Positions 63,081 to 64,000 of a stretch of DNA of 64,000 nt are shown here, piece by piece. The stretch spans positions 125,364,001-125,428,000 of the forward strand of contig OZ024744.1 of assembly GCA_964016885.1 (NCBI GenBank), in the 5' to 3' direction. Position numbers and translations under genes: made by a program. This DNA is from Eledone cirrhosa. Taxonomy: Eukaryota. The notes beneath the pieces were generated by a model. It made no database searches. It worked only from the letters and a program-made list of their open reading frames with translations, and was not told the origin of the DNA. Numbering within the stretch: the stretch's first letter is position 1; every line of letters begins with the position of its first letter.

Positions 63081-64000
63081 CATTCGCCGCCGGACTTCAG
63101 CTTCCTCATTTAGCATGGGCAGTTTTTCTTGAAAATCACACCACACACAGCAAATGTGTGTCCGCACATGTACCAGTAATTACAGATCGATTCCGGTGAA
63201 AATTCACTGAAAACGGGCCATCCGGCCCTGTGCGTCGATCGTGGGCCGGCCGGATGTTGACGGATCGATGTGTAATTAGAAGTACATGTGCGGACACTCA
63301 TTGGCTGTGCGTGGTATGCATTTCAGCAAGATATCTCCGTAACATCAAGAGTTATGGCTGTGGAGGCACACCTAGTCAAACGTAAACAAGGTCTGGAGCG
63401 TTTACGCTTCGCGATTTTGTTTACGTTTGACTAGGTGTGCCTCCACAGCCACAACTCTTGATGTTACGGAGATATCTTGCTGAAATGCATACCGCGCACA
63501 GCCAATGAGTGTCCGCACATGTACTTCTAATTACACATCGATCCGTCAACATCCGGCCGGCCCACGATCGACGCACAGGGCCGGATGGCCCGTTTTCAGT
63601 GAATTTTCACCGGAATCTATCTGTAATTACTGGTACATGTGCGGAGACACATTTGCTGTGTGTGGTGTGATTTTCAAGAAAAACTGCCCATGCTAAATGA
63701 GGAAGCTGAAGTCCGCCGGCGAATGGTGTGCTTCGAAGAAAACTAATTCGAAAATGACCGTTTGCAGGCGGAGTAACCTTTTCGATCGTGGGCCAGCCGC
63801 CCGTGGTGGGATCCATCTGTAATTACTGGTACATGTGCGGACATACATTTGCTGTGTGTGGTGTGATTTTCAAGAAGAACTGCCCATGCTAAATGAGGAA
63901 GCTGAAGTCCGCCGGCGAATGGTGTGCTTCGAAGAAAACTAATTCGAAAATGACCGTTTGCAGGCGGAGTAACCTTTTCGATCGTGGGCCAGCCGCCCGT
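63081..64000. repeat. Fold-back satellite, copy B (centre 63403, truncated by the window)
   Basis: Mirror ORFs 63110-63301(-) and 63505-63696(+). Confidence 0.92.

Larger units (their letters stand above)
39835..64000 (+). repeat. Segmental/tandem duplication, copy B (runs off the window end)
   Basis: Collinear near-identical copy of 1..31150. It lacks the Tx1 LINE, has an extra CR1 LINE and has fewer satellite units. Confidence 0.97.

Overview
Repeat-rich animal genomic DNA, probably a cephalopod such as Octopus (inferred from recalled SINE and RTE families, TTAGGG-type repeats and dense microsatellites). No intact host protein gene is visible. The window is a near-identical tandem duplication: 1..31150 recurs at 39835..64000. 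Each copy has a private young LINE. Copy A has a full-length Tx1/L1-group element with a 22-bp TSD (10795-16593); copy B has a 5'-truncated CR1 with an intact ORF2 (~43055-46180, minus strand). The most striking shared module is a collapsed, scrambled rDNA-like cassette: (CCCTAA)n, then 169/172-bp GC-rich spacer repeats, the 18S 5' end, a tandem array (23 units in A, 10 in B) built from short conserved 18S and 28S pieces, and a 28S 3'-end relic. A G-rich 16-mer repeat and a fold-back satellite with 196-bp monomers follow. Also present: an R4/Dong-like element with a twin-priming-type 5' inversion, a G_GGA_AAC slippery site at the CR1 ORF1/ORF2 overlap, and many decayed RTE, CRE, SINE and MITE fragments. 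Family assignments come from recalled motifs, not database searches.
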